A stretch of 64,000 bases of DNA from Trichosphaerium sp. ATCC 40318. Its lineage: Eukaryota > Protista > Tubulinea. The notes below the pieces were generated by a model. The model had not been told where the DNA came from, did no database searches, and saw nothing but the letters and a program-made list of their open reading frames with translations. The DNA lies in contig JALMLS010000256.1 of NCBI GenBank assembly GCA_038496445.1, positions 124,001-188,000 on the forward strand, given 5' to 3'. Below are positions 52,774-64,000 of the stretch, in pieces (positions within the stretch are counted from its first letter, which is position 1; each line of letters begins with the position of its first letter). A program made the position numbers and the translations under genes.

Positions 52774-55011
52774 CTAACGCAAGCTATCTATGTAGACCCA
52801 CTCCATAGCTCGTGCAGGTGATAATAATTTACAACAGTGAAAGTTTGCTGATATAGGTAGCCAATAAGACGAAGAAGTCTTAAAAACAGGTGACATAATC
52901 TTAGTAACATGACTAGTCTTATCAGCATGATACTTCATATCGGCAAACATCCACAAAGGGAAAACGCTGAAGTGCTCTACAAAATAGAATTAGCGTATTG
53001 GTTGAGTAAAAGGCTATACGATACTAGTACAAGCGAAAGAGAGCCTTCTCAATACAAAGCGTTTGGAGAGGTCGAGAAAATGTTTTGGTTTTGTGATTAA
53101 GTACCATCTGCTGAGAATGTTAAGCTAGCTCCTTTCTTTTGAAATCGTGATCTTGTACTTGCTCCACTGTTTTTAATTGCCCATTGATATGCTTTAGCAT
53201 TCATCTGAGCACAACGTGAGGGCCCGTCTGTTGCATTAAAGTTTACATTAGTCTTTCCAGTAGCTTCGTAAATGCGTTGGCGTGTAACAAATTTTACACG
53301 CATTTCAAAAGCAGATGCTGGTGAGAATCCTGTGTATACTTGATTGACCTCTTTATAAACTGCCTGGGATACAGAGTATACCTTCATTTTACAAGGTCTA
53401 GTTGACCCATTGCAGCTATTATCTGCAATATGAGGAAGGTAATCAACTACAAAGACAATCAGGAGGACGAAATTATAAGAAGAAAAAAACAAGAAAAGAA
53501 AGAAAAGCTCGTCATCTCGTGCAGGTTGAAGTAAAATGGCGTTCTGCTAAGCCTCATAATAACAAATAATACGAACCTGGTAATACTTGATACATTGGAT
53601 GGAATCCATCAATAGCATCAATATTAATTTGTGGATCTGTGGACATGCTGCCAGCCAAATAATTTTGGCCAAATACGGACCATGGAGAGCTTGCCACGCA
53701 TGGCTTTTTATTCTTTACGTCATAACATACTGGTTTAAAGTAATAATAACCTTCTTGTTTAAACGCTTCTATAAGAGGAGCGAAGAATGCACCTGAAAGG
53801 GAGAAAAGTCAGCAAAAAGAAATCACAAAAACTGCCATCAAAAAGGGTCCGATCTACAAAAAGATTGAGGCGTACCTGTGGTGAAAACAGCTTTTTTAAT
53901 ACGTGTTTGAGCATTCTTAGCATCAGGTCCTTTAATACATACTTGAATCCAGTCGTTTACAAGCTTTGTTATTGCAAGAAACGCTTCTGTTTGGTTTATC
54001 TCTGCTTTAAGGTCATTCTCTCCTACGAACGGTGAAGGTTGTCCAGTAGCATATAGACGATGGTTCATTCCCTTAATCATCTATAAAAAGGTAAATAATG
54101 AGAAAAGAAAGAAGAAATCCAAAACAAAAAAAAAACAGAAAAAATTGCTAGTCATATCGAAATGACCGTTAAACAAGCGTACAGTAACTGGGAATATATC
54201 TGCAGTAGCAGAAGGATTAGCGCTTATCTGGTGGTAATATGCTTCCATCACTCTAGTGATACGGTTTACACCATCAAGCTCTGTTGAAGTCGTTAAGCAA
54301 AGAATAAAAAAAAAAAAAAAAAACCGGCATGCTTCAGCTTGAAGCTAGTGCCATTGGTTTGTACCTCCACCAATAGTTAGCGTTGGCACAGGGTAACGAA
54401 CACCGACTTTATCTTCGTTTCTGTATTCTCTGCTCAAAACTGAACCAAAAAGAAGTAATCCAGTTGCTTGTGGTTTGTATTCCTTTATCCATTCAGCTAG
54501 GATTGGGCCAGCATCAGAGTGAGCTGCGAATAGAATATTATTCGTGGTCATGCCGAGTTTGTTCATTTTAGTAAGCGTATGGGTAACTGCGTCGCCTAGC
54601 GACGATGCACTAGGAAACTAAATGATGCGTAAACGAAAAGTGTATTTACTATTCGTTGTTGTACCAATTCAAAGTCAGAAGGTATTCCAATCCATAGTTG
54701 ACCATTAAATGCTTGTTGGATGGCTTTCCCGAGTTGTAAATAATTTGTATTTGGTACAAATACACCTTTGAGCGTCAGTGAGCGAAAGGAAAGTTGACAG
54801 CTTTGGTTTCGTTGTTTTTTTTGACGTTTTGTTGGCCCAGTTTTTTTTTGGTACGTTAAACGTTGGTTTACATACCTGGTACGATTATAAGCGCACTAGT
54901 TGGTCCTGAAGTTTGTTGTGGCTCCAATACAAGTGGTGACCCTGGTTTTCCCTTAGTAGCCACGACACATAACGCACAGAGTGCGTAACAGCAGACTAGG
55001 AGTAACCGCAT
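52774..55011 (-). CDS. Secreted alpha/beta hydrolase-fold protein (multi-exon)
   Basis: Signal peptide MRLLLVCCYALCALCVVAT, nucleophile-elbow-like AAHSDAG, PVPTLTIGGELDG and KGMNH. Confidence 0.75.
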
Positions 55012-55281
55012 CGGAAATTGTTCAAGACTGCTTTTTTAAGGCACACAATCTTAATCAAAGCACTACCACCGCCTTGGCCATTCCTATGTGCCCCAAAAAT
55101 CTCCAAGCGAACTACAGCAAACTACCGGCTAGTACAACTAAACATTACCAAAACGCGCGAAGAGAAACTACAATGTATCTCACTGAATGCGTATAGCGCT
55201 AACTCCCGATGTTATCGGTTTGGAGTTTATGTTTAGTAAAGTTTTCAAATAGTTTTCATTTTTTGTAACAATTCAAACGGA

Positions 55282-55942
55282 ATGGACGTATTTCCGCTAG
55301 AAACTGATGAGTCTCACCTCAAAGCGCAATGTGACCAAGTAATAAGACTGAAACTGGCTATATCGCCAAGCGCAACATCAGACCTTTCAATTGATATTAA
55401 AAATGTAATGATACCCGGCCTAAACGATGCTGGTACGGTTTTTGTAGTTATTGATAACGTTTTAGGGCCACTTTTAACAAATTCCCGATTTAACCTTTTA
55501 TCACTTTTCCTAGTTTTAATAGTCTCTTACGCTGTTCATAGGAATAGAGACCTCCGGACTAGTGTTTTTATCGGCAAACCATACCTTTGGGGAGTTAATG
55601 AATGGAATTACAGATAAGCTGTTAGATATCTCAAAGAAGAACGTTTGGTATGGTAGAGCAAGTGTAGATGCCCCTACGTTGCACGTTACCAATATATACT
55701 ATAAAATGTTTCCAATGCTCCCCGACGCCTTAATAATCACACCAGAAACGCTCACAGGCCAGTTAGTATATTGCTGTTGCATGTGGCGTAGAACAAAACG
55801 TATAAGCTCTCCTTCGCCCAAACTCAGAAAAAAGAGATCAAGGAGCGTAGGGTACGAACATAAACCAAAGAAGTTCAATATTTTTACCTCTATGGGTCTT
55901 ATAAAGACAAAAAAGGCGAGAGTCGCCCGAGTGCGTGAATGA
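55282..55942 (+). CDS. Hypothetical protein, 2 exons
   Basis: A GTACGG..CATAG intron (~55433-55541) joins ORF 55282 to ORF 55562 in frame. Basic C-terminus. Confidence 0.55.
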
Positions 55943-56578
55943 TGGTGTCATAAGGACATTCTAATTAATAGCAAGACTGTAGTATACCTTACATGTAAAT
56001 TTGTATAAACAGAAAGTAGTAACACAAAAAAGAAAGTCGTTTTTTTTGGTTGCCAAGTTTTTTTTCTATTTTGGTTTTTATTTCCTTACCTGATCAAGAA
56101 GATGAGTATTAGTAATGTTTTTGTAACAAAGTATCCTTTATAAAAAACTACATTAGCATGTTCGTCTTCTGAATATCGGTGTTGTAATTGCTGAAAACGA
56201 AGAAAGGAATTCAGAAAATATTTTTTTATTGTTTCTGGTTCATTCTTGTATCCTTTCTTTGTTACAATATTCATTAATGTGTACTAGCGGTGAAGGAATA
56301 TGGAGATAAATATTTGAGGGCTCTTATGGTGGTTTTCATTTGCCACAAATTGGCTGTTACTGACCGCTATTTATGACGCAAAAATTGTATTGAAACGTTT
56401 TAAAGTTTCACGTGTTACAACAGGTTTTTGAGGTTAAGGCAGTAAGCCTCCTCACAAGTTTCCAATATGTGAACTATTTGTGCGATAGAGCCTTAATTTA
56501 CTCCGATCATAATCGTGAAACATACTTCCCTTCGTTTAAAACTAACTTATTTCGTTTGATACTTCTCTTTTAATCAGC

Positions 56579-57397
56579 ATGCAAGAAATACCCTCGGAGA
56601 CTTGGTACGGCGATGATTGCTACATTGGACATCTTGTAGACGAAAAAATGGAAGGTAGAGGTATTTTTAAGTGGAGTAATGGCGAGACATATGAAGGGGA
56701 CTTTAAGGATGATAAATTCGAAGGTTATGGCGAATACACGTGGCCAAATGGCGAAAAATACGAAGGGTTTTTTAAAAATGATATGATGCATGGTAATGGA
56801 ACGAGAACATGGGTAGATGGTTCAAAATACACAGGAGAGTTTAAGAAGGATAAAATAAAAGGATTTGGTACAAAATTACTGGCAGACGGAACTAGATGTT
56901 GGGGCAAATTCCGAAAAGGAGATATTGTCTGTGGTACTATGGAATGGCCAGATGGAGCGTCTTATGTTGGTATGTTCGCTGGCGGAGAGATGGATAAAAG
57001 AGGTGAGTATAAGTGGCCTACTGGTGAAAAATATGTTGGCGAGTTTAAGGACGGAGGTGTTGATGGAAAGGGAACTAAAATATGGCCTGATGGTACAGAG
57101 TATAGGGGTGAGTTTATTGATGGTAAGATAAATGGAATTGGTACTGCTATATGGCCTGATGGAAGTTGGTATAAAGGTTACTTTAAAGATGATGCGCTGC
57201 ATGGAAGAGGTACTAAGATTTGGTCAGACGGAAGAAAATTCTTTGGTAAATTTGAGCACAATGACATGATGTTTGGTGATATGACATGGCCGAATGGATC
57301 AAGATACATAGGAATGTTTGAAGACGGAGTTTGTAACGGTAATGGAGAGTATTCATGGTCAGGCGGTGAGAGTATGTTACTTGCTCAGAGTAAATAA
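56579..57397 (+). CDS. MORN repeat protein (canonical 23-aa YxGxFxxxxxxGxGxxxWxxG), intronless
   Basis: 272-aa ORF made almost entirely of ~11 MORN repeats. Confidence 0.9.
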   Translation: MQEIPSETWYGDDCYIGHLVDEKMEGRGIFKWSNGETYEGDFKDDKFEGYGEYTWPNGEKYEGFFKNDMMHGNGTRTWVDGSKYTGEFKKDKIKGFGTKLLADGTRCWGKFRKGDIVCGTMEWPDGASYVGMFAGGEMDKRGEYKWPTGEKYVGEFKDGGVDGKGTKIWPDGTEYRGEFIDGKINGIGTAIWPDGSWYKGYFKDDALHGRGTKIWSDGRKFFGKFEHNDMMFGDMTWPNGSRYIGMFEDGVCNGNGEYSWSGGESMLLAQSK

Positions 57398-57451
57398 ATT
57401 CTATCTTTTTTCGTATTACATCTAGCGTTTTTTTTTCTTTTTACACTATTC

Positions 57452-60400
57452 TTATTGTATCAAGAGACGGCATACATCTTCCATATTAGGTCGCCTTGCT
57501 GGTTTAAACTCCCAACATAGCTTCATAACTTTTCTGTACTTTTCAGGAGTAACAGATCCGTCAACTTGAGGTGTTGCTCCATTTTCTCGAACTTGTATTG
57601 CAACTTCAATCAAGTCTGTTGTATCATGCCATGGCTCTTGTTCATGGAATACCTCATACTGAAATATGTTAGACATACAATTAAACACTGAAGAATGTTT
57701 TATGAAGTAGGGATCAACGTACCAAGAGTGAAGCAAATGACCAAACATCTGATTTTGATGAGTATACTCTTCTCATGTTTTCAGGTGCCATCCATCTAAC
57801 AAACAACGTTACGTAGATATCAAGGTAGTTAATTACCTTATAGGGCCTATGTTGCTTTTGGTTTGACCTGTTGCGCCGTCGTCAATGTTCCTTGACATTC
57901 CAAAATCGCTTATTTTTGGAGTGAGACGATCATCTAAAAGTACATTTCTTGATGCCAAATCTCTTCAAAGAATGTTAGTATGCTTCATTATTACATGTAG
58001 CGATATGTGCCTGTGTATGATTCCTTCTTTATGAATATGCAAGAGACCCTTAGCAACACCAAGAACGATTTTGTGTTTCTGTTCCAAAGACAGTTTGGCT
58101 GTGGATTTAAACAACAACCTATCAAGTGATCCACCTAAAACAAACGAGTAAGTATTAAAAGGCAATTATCAAGACTTACCATCCATGTACTCCATTACAA
58201 GCACGTTTGTCGCTTCATCTTTAATGTACAAACCATAAACCTTCATATACGTCAGCTTGTTTAAATAACATGTATACGTACTTGTACAACGTTTTTGTGG
58301 GGACGAAGTTCAACCTAGTACAGGAATCAGGTATGAGGAAAGTACTTTGTCTGTACCATCAGTTTAACTTCTTCTGTAAAGCTGTCAGCCCCTTCTACAT
58401 CTGTACAGAACTTCAAGGCAACTTCATTGTATCTCCAAACACCTTTGTGTACAGCACCGAATCCACCTATTGCGTTTGAAACAATTAGAATTTCGTGGTA
58501 TGTTAGTTTTATTTATCTTGGTAATGTGAGTCTAACCTTTTCCAATTTGACGTCCAATTTCAATATCCTCGCCATTGATTATCCAACTATCAAGTATGTC
58601 ACATTTCTCTGCTGTTTTAACAAGCTTTGAATCCACATCATCTTATTACAATTAAGTTAAGAAACATACCAGAATAAGTTGTTCGTACTGTCTTCTGCTT
58701 TACCAAGCTGACTGTAGGTCAGTTTCACAGGAGGATTTGATATAGGTACGGAAGTATAACTATCCGATGTAACGTTTCGGCCATCTAAAATGTTGTTACT
58801 ATTTCTGTTCTTCGAGGGCACAGATGCTTACCAAGCTCGACATTTTTCACTTTTTTAGAGTTATTTGTTTCTTTTTTTTTATGTTGTGTTGAGCTACCCT
58901 ATTTCACATTGATTAATATGACGCGAAATAAATAACGGTGTACCATCTTTATCATAAAGAAAACGAAAATAAGGGTAGCAATGAATGCTATCAGTACTGC
59001 TACAATAGAAGAAACCACTATGACAGTTGTGTTGCTGCTGACATTGCTCGGAGATAGAGTGTCACAAGCCGCGCTTGATTCAACCTCATTGCATGATACG
59101 CCCACAACAGTGGCATTATCACTCGAATCTGTCAAATCTATTACATCGTCCGCATTACAACATACTCGCAATGCTATATCTATTGCATCTGTACCTAGAA
59201 AGCAAGTGTTATCTTTGTTGTAAAAAAAGTGAAATTTCTTACCATTTGTTCCATTTGTGATACCAATAGTGAGGTTATATGAAATAGCCCTCTTTGTTAC
59301 TGGTGACGATTCTTCGACTGGGAATGGATAAAGACGACTTGTATCAGTACCAAGATATTCTGCCAAGTCCACAATAAACTGATCAACAAACTGGTCTCTG
59401 GCTTGTTCTGTGCCTCCATGCTCGAATACAACCGTAATGTTTGATCCAATATCAGGACTACTAGAAGGAACAGGTGTAGGGATAACTATTATCCCGCTTG
59501 TCGGCGCTTTGTTTGTGTTAGCCATAAAATACAGCTCAAGATCTCCATCAGAAGTAACGTATCCAATCTATTTCAAAACAAAACACTTAGAAAAAAGATG
59601 CAAAACAAACTTAAACTAGTACCATTTTGTCCTCGTTTTCTGTAACGACAATCACAGGGTATTGAGCAGTTAAATTCGGAGCTAAACTGATGCGGTTCCT
59701 TTCAACAATACTTGTGTTTGTAGTTATTGATGTAATCTGTAGGTCCGAAGGAGTTGTCGAAACAACATAAAACTTATCACCACTTGTTGTTATGCTTGTG
59801 TTTTCTTTGGTGAACGTTGCTTGGGATATTGTGCTGTTGTTAAGAAGCTCATTTGACGTAGAATTAGAACTGGCTTTTAACTCTACAACAACTAACAGCG
59901 CATTCTCTAAAGTTGATTAAAATAGTACTATTCAGTTTTATTTTATAGGCTTGTACCGTTGATATTCAATCCGCTCATCAATACTCCGACTGTATCTGAT
60001 CTTTCATTGTATACAGCTTGCAAGTATGTTGGTAGTATATCCGGTCCGTCAGTAAGAGTATCGCTTCTTGCCTTGATTAATAGGGTCAACCAAAAACTTG
60101 ATGCGCTGAATTTTTGTTGAGTACGTTGTAAAGACTTGTGTTAACTCTAGTCCATTGCATGTTCCCCTCCACTCTATACACGGACAACATACATCCATCA
60201 CAATCATTTCCTCCATAAGTGGTATAAAACACCTCGGTATTACTAATGTTGGCTACAAAAAAGAGATTACAAACCATGTAAGCTTTATAATTTGTTGTAC
60301 ATATCTGCGATGTTGTATTTTGAAATAAAAGGAGGTTGTTTAGAGAGCCAGATGTTCTCCAACTAAGTACAAATTGACTCAAGGCTTTCCCAAAAAAGTT

Positions 60401-61145
60401 GTAAGATCACGTGATATTTATAAAATAAATTCACATACCGATATTGTACGTTAACAAAACAGGGCCTTGTACGTCTTCTTCGTAAATATATTCTGTAAAA
60501 GACGACTGCTAGAGAAAAATACAAGGTTAATTTGCTGCATGCTGCAGGTTGAAAGAAAGTGTACATCGTTCGAAGGAACAACCACTACTACAATATTTTT
60601 TAGTCCAGCAGGATCGTTGCGCAGTATTGCTACCATGAATTCATTATCGCCGTATGCAACGTGTGGAAGTGTTGCGTGATTGTTTACTAAATGAGTTTGA
60701 AAGTTGTGACCGGTTTTTTCAAGATCTAAAGCCACAATCGTAAGTACTTGTCTTCTAAATGACTCTTCCTCTTCACGCAGGACATGTTTTTTTTACAATG
60801 AGCACGTGGTAACATACCTGCTATCGTGAACCGTACAATATACACTTGTGGTGCTGACATACCCAACTCGTAGGCCAGAACGAACGTGTCCTTTTGGAAT
60901 TTCGTTAACATCGATAATGTTTCTAATTGTTGTTTACCTCTCCGTCTAGTTTACCATAGGCAAGGGACGGATTGATTATACCACTACCAGGACTAGATAT
61001 TAGCTCTGAGACGGAAAATGGCTCAGATACATTGACATAAGCGCCTATACGACGAGATTAGTAGCTTTGACATAGATAAAATTTTGTACGTACAAATATC
61101 GCTAAAAAAAAATAGCAGTAGCACAAGCGCGGGTAAAACTGACAT
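57452..61145 (-). CDS. Receptor tyrosine-kinase-like protein, paralog 2
   Basis: Same architecture as 16745..20396, with shared intron positions where checked. Shared motifs NPSLAYGKLDGE, FEHGGTEQARDQFVDQFIVDLA, TM, HRDLASRN and GPIRWMAPE. Confidence 0.9.
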
Positions 61146-61685
61146 TACGACTCGGTGTTTATATTTTCCCAGTTAGCTGCTTCGGTATTAAGCACCCAAA
61201 CTTATGTACATTCAGTTTTTGTCAATAATTCATGAGACAGGGAACACTTCTTTTGTAAAGCACGTGTCAGCGTTCTCTTTCGTTTTATACATTAGTTTGA
61301 AGCTAATTGTCGGCATTCATGAACGCTGTCAAAACAGGATTTGGTGCACTTTCAATTGAAAAGAGAAAATCATGTGACTCAGGGCAATGATGTTGACGCT
61401 ACACTTGGGTATTTTTACCGCGCAACTGCGCATAGTTTTAGGTAGAAAACAATACCCATTTTGACATAAGATTGAAGTTTAGACCTTACTGTAATACCTC
61501 ACCAACGAGCGTACCAACGGCCAAACAAGCGCCAGGCTAGGTCGGAGAATCGCGGTTCCTGCGTTGGTAAAAAAACCGCCTAAACACCCAGTTTGACTGT
61601 TGCACGTCTCCGACAGAATATTCAATTCATAGCATTCTTCAAAATACCAACGTGCAAGCTACGCTGAGATGGCCAAATAAATCAG

Positions 61686-62297
61686 ATGAATACATTTTCT
61701 GAGGAATATAGCCTCATTTTAAGCCTTCCAGTGGAGATACAGCTAGATATCGTTGATTTAGACTTTGAAGTATATAAAAAATGGTCTTTATTGTCAAAAC
61801 ACACAGCAACTACAACGAGGTTTGATATTAGGCTTGAAAAGCATGGTAAATGGTTTAAGATAGGGAAAAAACAAGGAAGTAATGTATTACAAGTTGTAAG
61901 CAAAGAGTACTGGAAACATGGAAGAAAAGAAGGACATTGTGTGTATTGGGACAACCTTGGTAGACTATCTGAAGAGATTTATTATGTTAATAGTATGAAA
62001 GAAGGAGAGTATAAGCATTGGCATAAGAATGGTCAGTTGTTTGAGCATTTTACTTATTCTAAAGGTAAGATGGAAGGAGAGTTTAAACGTTATTATGACA
62101 ATGGTCAACTACATGCACATTGTAATTACATAAATGGTAAGAGAGAAGGAGTGTTTAAGGAGTGGTATCAAAATGGTCAGTTACAGTGGCAGTGTAATTA
62201 CGTCAAAGGTAAAATGGTAGGAGAGTACAGACGATGGTTTGAAGATGGAGAATTGAATGAGAAACGTAGTTACAGTAACGGCATAGAAATATGGTGA
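61686..62297 (+). CDS. F-box-like + MORN-variant repeat protein, intronless
   Basis: ILSLPVEIQLDIV...LEKHGKW followed by EGEYKHWHKNGQL-type 24-aa repeats. Confidence 0.9.
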   Translation: MNTFSEEYSLILSLPVEIQLDIVDLDFEVYKKWSLLSKHTATTTRFDIRLEKHGKWFKIGKKQGSNVLQVVSKEYWKHGRKEGHCVYWDNLGRLSEEIYYVNSMKEGEYKHWHKNGQLFEHFTYSKGKMEGEFKRYYDNGQLHAHCNYINGKREGVFKEWYQNGQLQWQCNYVKGKMVGEYRRWFEDGELNEKRSYSNGIEIW

Positions 62298-62596
62298 CAG
62301 AAACCAATTCTATACACAGTGAGTATTATAATTACGCCAGAGATGTCATCACAAGTACAAAAGATGTCTCTGAAATTGTGAAATAGATTGAAATGTATTC
62401 GGTTATGAATTTTGGAACATGTGCCAAACTAAAGTTACAAACTCTTTACACTGTTGAGATATTCATATGATAAACGAAGGAAGTGTAGTTTTTGTACAGC
62501 AAAGGTATTTACATTTATTTACAATCTATTTACACGTCTATTTACAGTTCTTTGTGCATGTTTTGTACAGTTTCTTTTTTTTTTTTTGCTGTCCTT

Positions 62597-63897
62597 TCAG
62601 AGTGTCGTCAGCCACTTTCTCAGTGATTCTAGAGAGAATAGCGATTCTGATAGTAATGGATCCTTCAGTAGCCATTTCGCTGAGTGTTTGTATACATGAC
62701 AGTTTTCAACAAACTGACATACAAGCGGAAATGCTTTTTTTCTGTTGTTTAATTCTCTTCTTGAAGACGATAAAATAAGTTCGTTTAAAAGCCATAAATT
62801 ATCGCCGTCAAGACTAGAAGTATCAGCAGATATGACCAGACTTCCTCCAATAGCCAACTGAATAGCCATACTAAATAAGAATAAGCACAAAGACTCGGAC
62901 GACGGAAACGAAAAAGATCCAAAAAAAAGTTGGAAGAAAAGTAGAAATGAACAAAAAACATACCTTCCAAGCGCTACAATGTCGTCTTTTTTCGTGTATC
63001 CCTTACTCTGAGATGTTGGGTTTACATATCCAGTAGTACCAATAAAAGTACAATCACCATTTTTATCACGTGGTGCGTTCTTTCCATCACGTGCGTAACT
63101 AGCTAGACCAAAATCTGCTAATTTTATTTCTCCACTTGTCATAACCATAACATTTGCTGCTTTGATGTCGTGATGAACTATTCCCGACTGGTGTAGTTTA
63201 TCGATTGCTCTGAGTGTATTCTTTAATATAAAGGCAATAACAGGTACTGTTAAATCATGGTCCTCTGCTAGTTTTCTTGAATCACACTTTGCGAAAGGCA
63301 TGACAACACAAGCGCTTGTTGTGTTTGCGAAAAGAAACAAAGGAGCAAGAATGTTCTTATCCTTCACCATCGCTTGGAATTTTGCTTCTGTTGCCTATAA
63401 AAGAATAATGTATTAGTAAAGCACCCAATAAAAGAATAAGAACCAAAAAAGAAAGTGTCGGTTCGCACAACTCGGATCTTTTTCCTTTTTTTTTTGGTTT
63501 GGGTTTAAATTATTTAATTTAAAATGAGATGCGTAGAAAATATCTTACGAGGCTTATTATTTGTTCTTTTACTTCTTCTTGTTTTTTGTTCTTTACGTTG
63601 GCGAATTTGATAGCGACATCTTGTCCTGTCTTTTTGTCTGTCGCTCTGTAAACAACACCGTTTAACCTAAACAAGCGCTCTCATGTTAGTTTACATACGC
63701 TTGTACAGCAATTATAAGGCGTACCCTTGTCCTAACGGTGGATTGTGAACTTTGAATCTGCTTGAGGCTACACGCTCTCTTTTGGTTGGTGTGACAAAGG
63801 ATAACCAGTATTTGAGCTTTTGATGAATTCTAAGTCTTGTAGTTTTGAGTTCTGAGGGAAGATACTTTGCGTCTACTTGTAAAGAGTGCGCAAGCAT
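62597..63897 (-). CDS. Ser/Thr protein kinase (STE20-like, divergent), multi-exon
   Basis: LGQG..GVVYRATDKKTGQDVAIK, HHDIKAANV and KLADFGLA. The activation segment ends FIGTTGYVNP instead of the usual APE. Confidence 0.8.
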
Positions 63898-64000
63898 TGT
63901 AGATTAATATGCCTTGATATGTTATAAAGTGGCTGTCTACGAGCTGTTGTGTAGTTCAAATAAGTTTTTGGGGTTTTACTTTTTAATTATTTACCCGAAT

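Noticed and set aside
24943-62297. Integrated giant-virus genome segment
   Set aside because: No viral hallmark genes (capsid, packaging ATPase, DNA polymerase) were seen. The virus-like repeat genes are scattered singly among intron-rich host genes.
1-64000. Alternative genetic code as the explanation for the fragmented ORF track
   Set aside because: The breaks are explained by short spliceosomal introns. Long ORFs (486 and 466 aa) read through under the standard code, and TAA, TAG and TGA all occur as real stops.

Overview
AT-rich (~35% GC, estimated by eye), gene-dense, intron-rich eukaryotic nuclear DNA read in the standard genetic code. An amoebozoan-type protist is the best inference, from a Frizzled/Smoothened-like GPCR, two HRDLA[A/S]RN receptor kinases, an ankyrin-Clu-TPR protein and U12-type introns. 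I built about 26 gene models by hand-splicing the fragmented ORF track. Most genes have many short (45-250 nt) introns. Five repeat-protein genes are intronless or have one intron: three F-box-like+MORN-variant, one MORN and one F-box+LRR. No rRNA, tRNA or CRISPR array was seen. The most unusual signals are: (1) the palindrome CACGTG occurs at least 57 times by hand count versus ~6 expected from composition, in exons, introns and intergenic DNA alike, like a highly iterated palindrome; (2) major-intron donors are dominated by C at +4 (GTACGT/GTACGC), and several GC-AG introns read GCACGTG/GCACAT, which may tie splice-site evolution to the same palindrome; (3) two minor-spliceosome introns (one GT-AG, one AT-AC); (4) a dispersed, intron-poor F-box+repeat family with hypervariable repeat surfaces resembling giant-virus gene families; (5) a MITE-like element inside a GPCR intron. 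Product calls come from motif recognition only; no database search was run.
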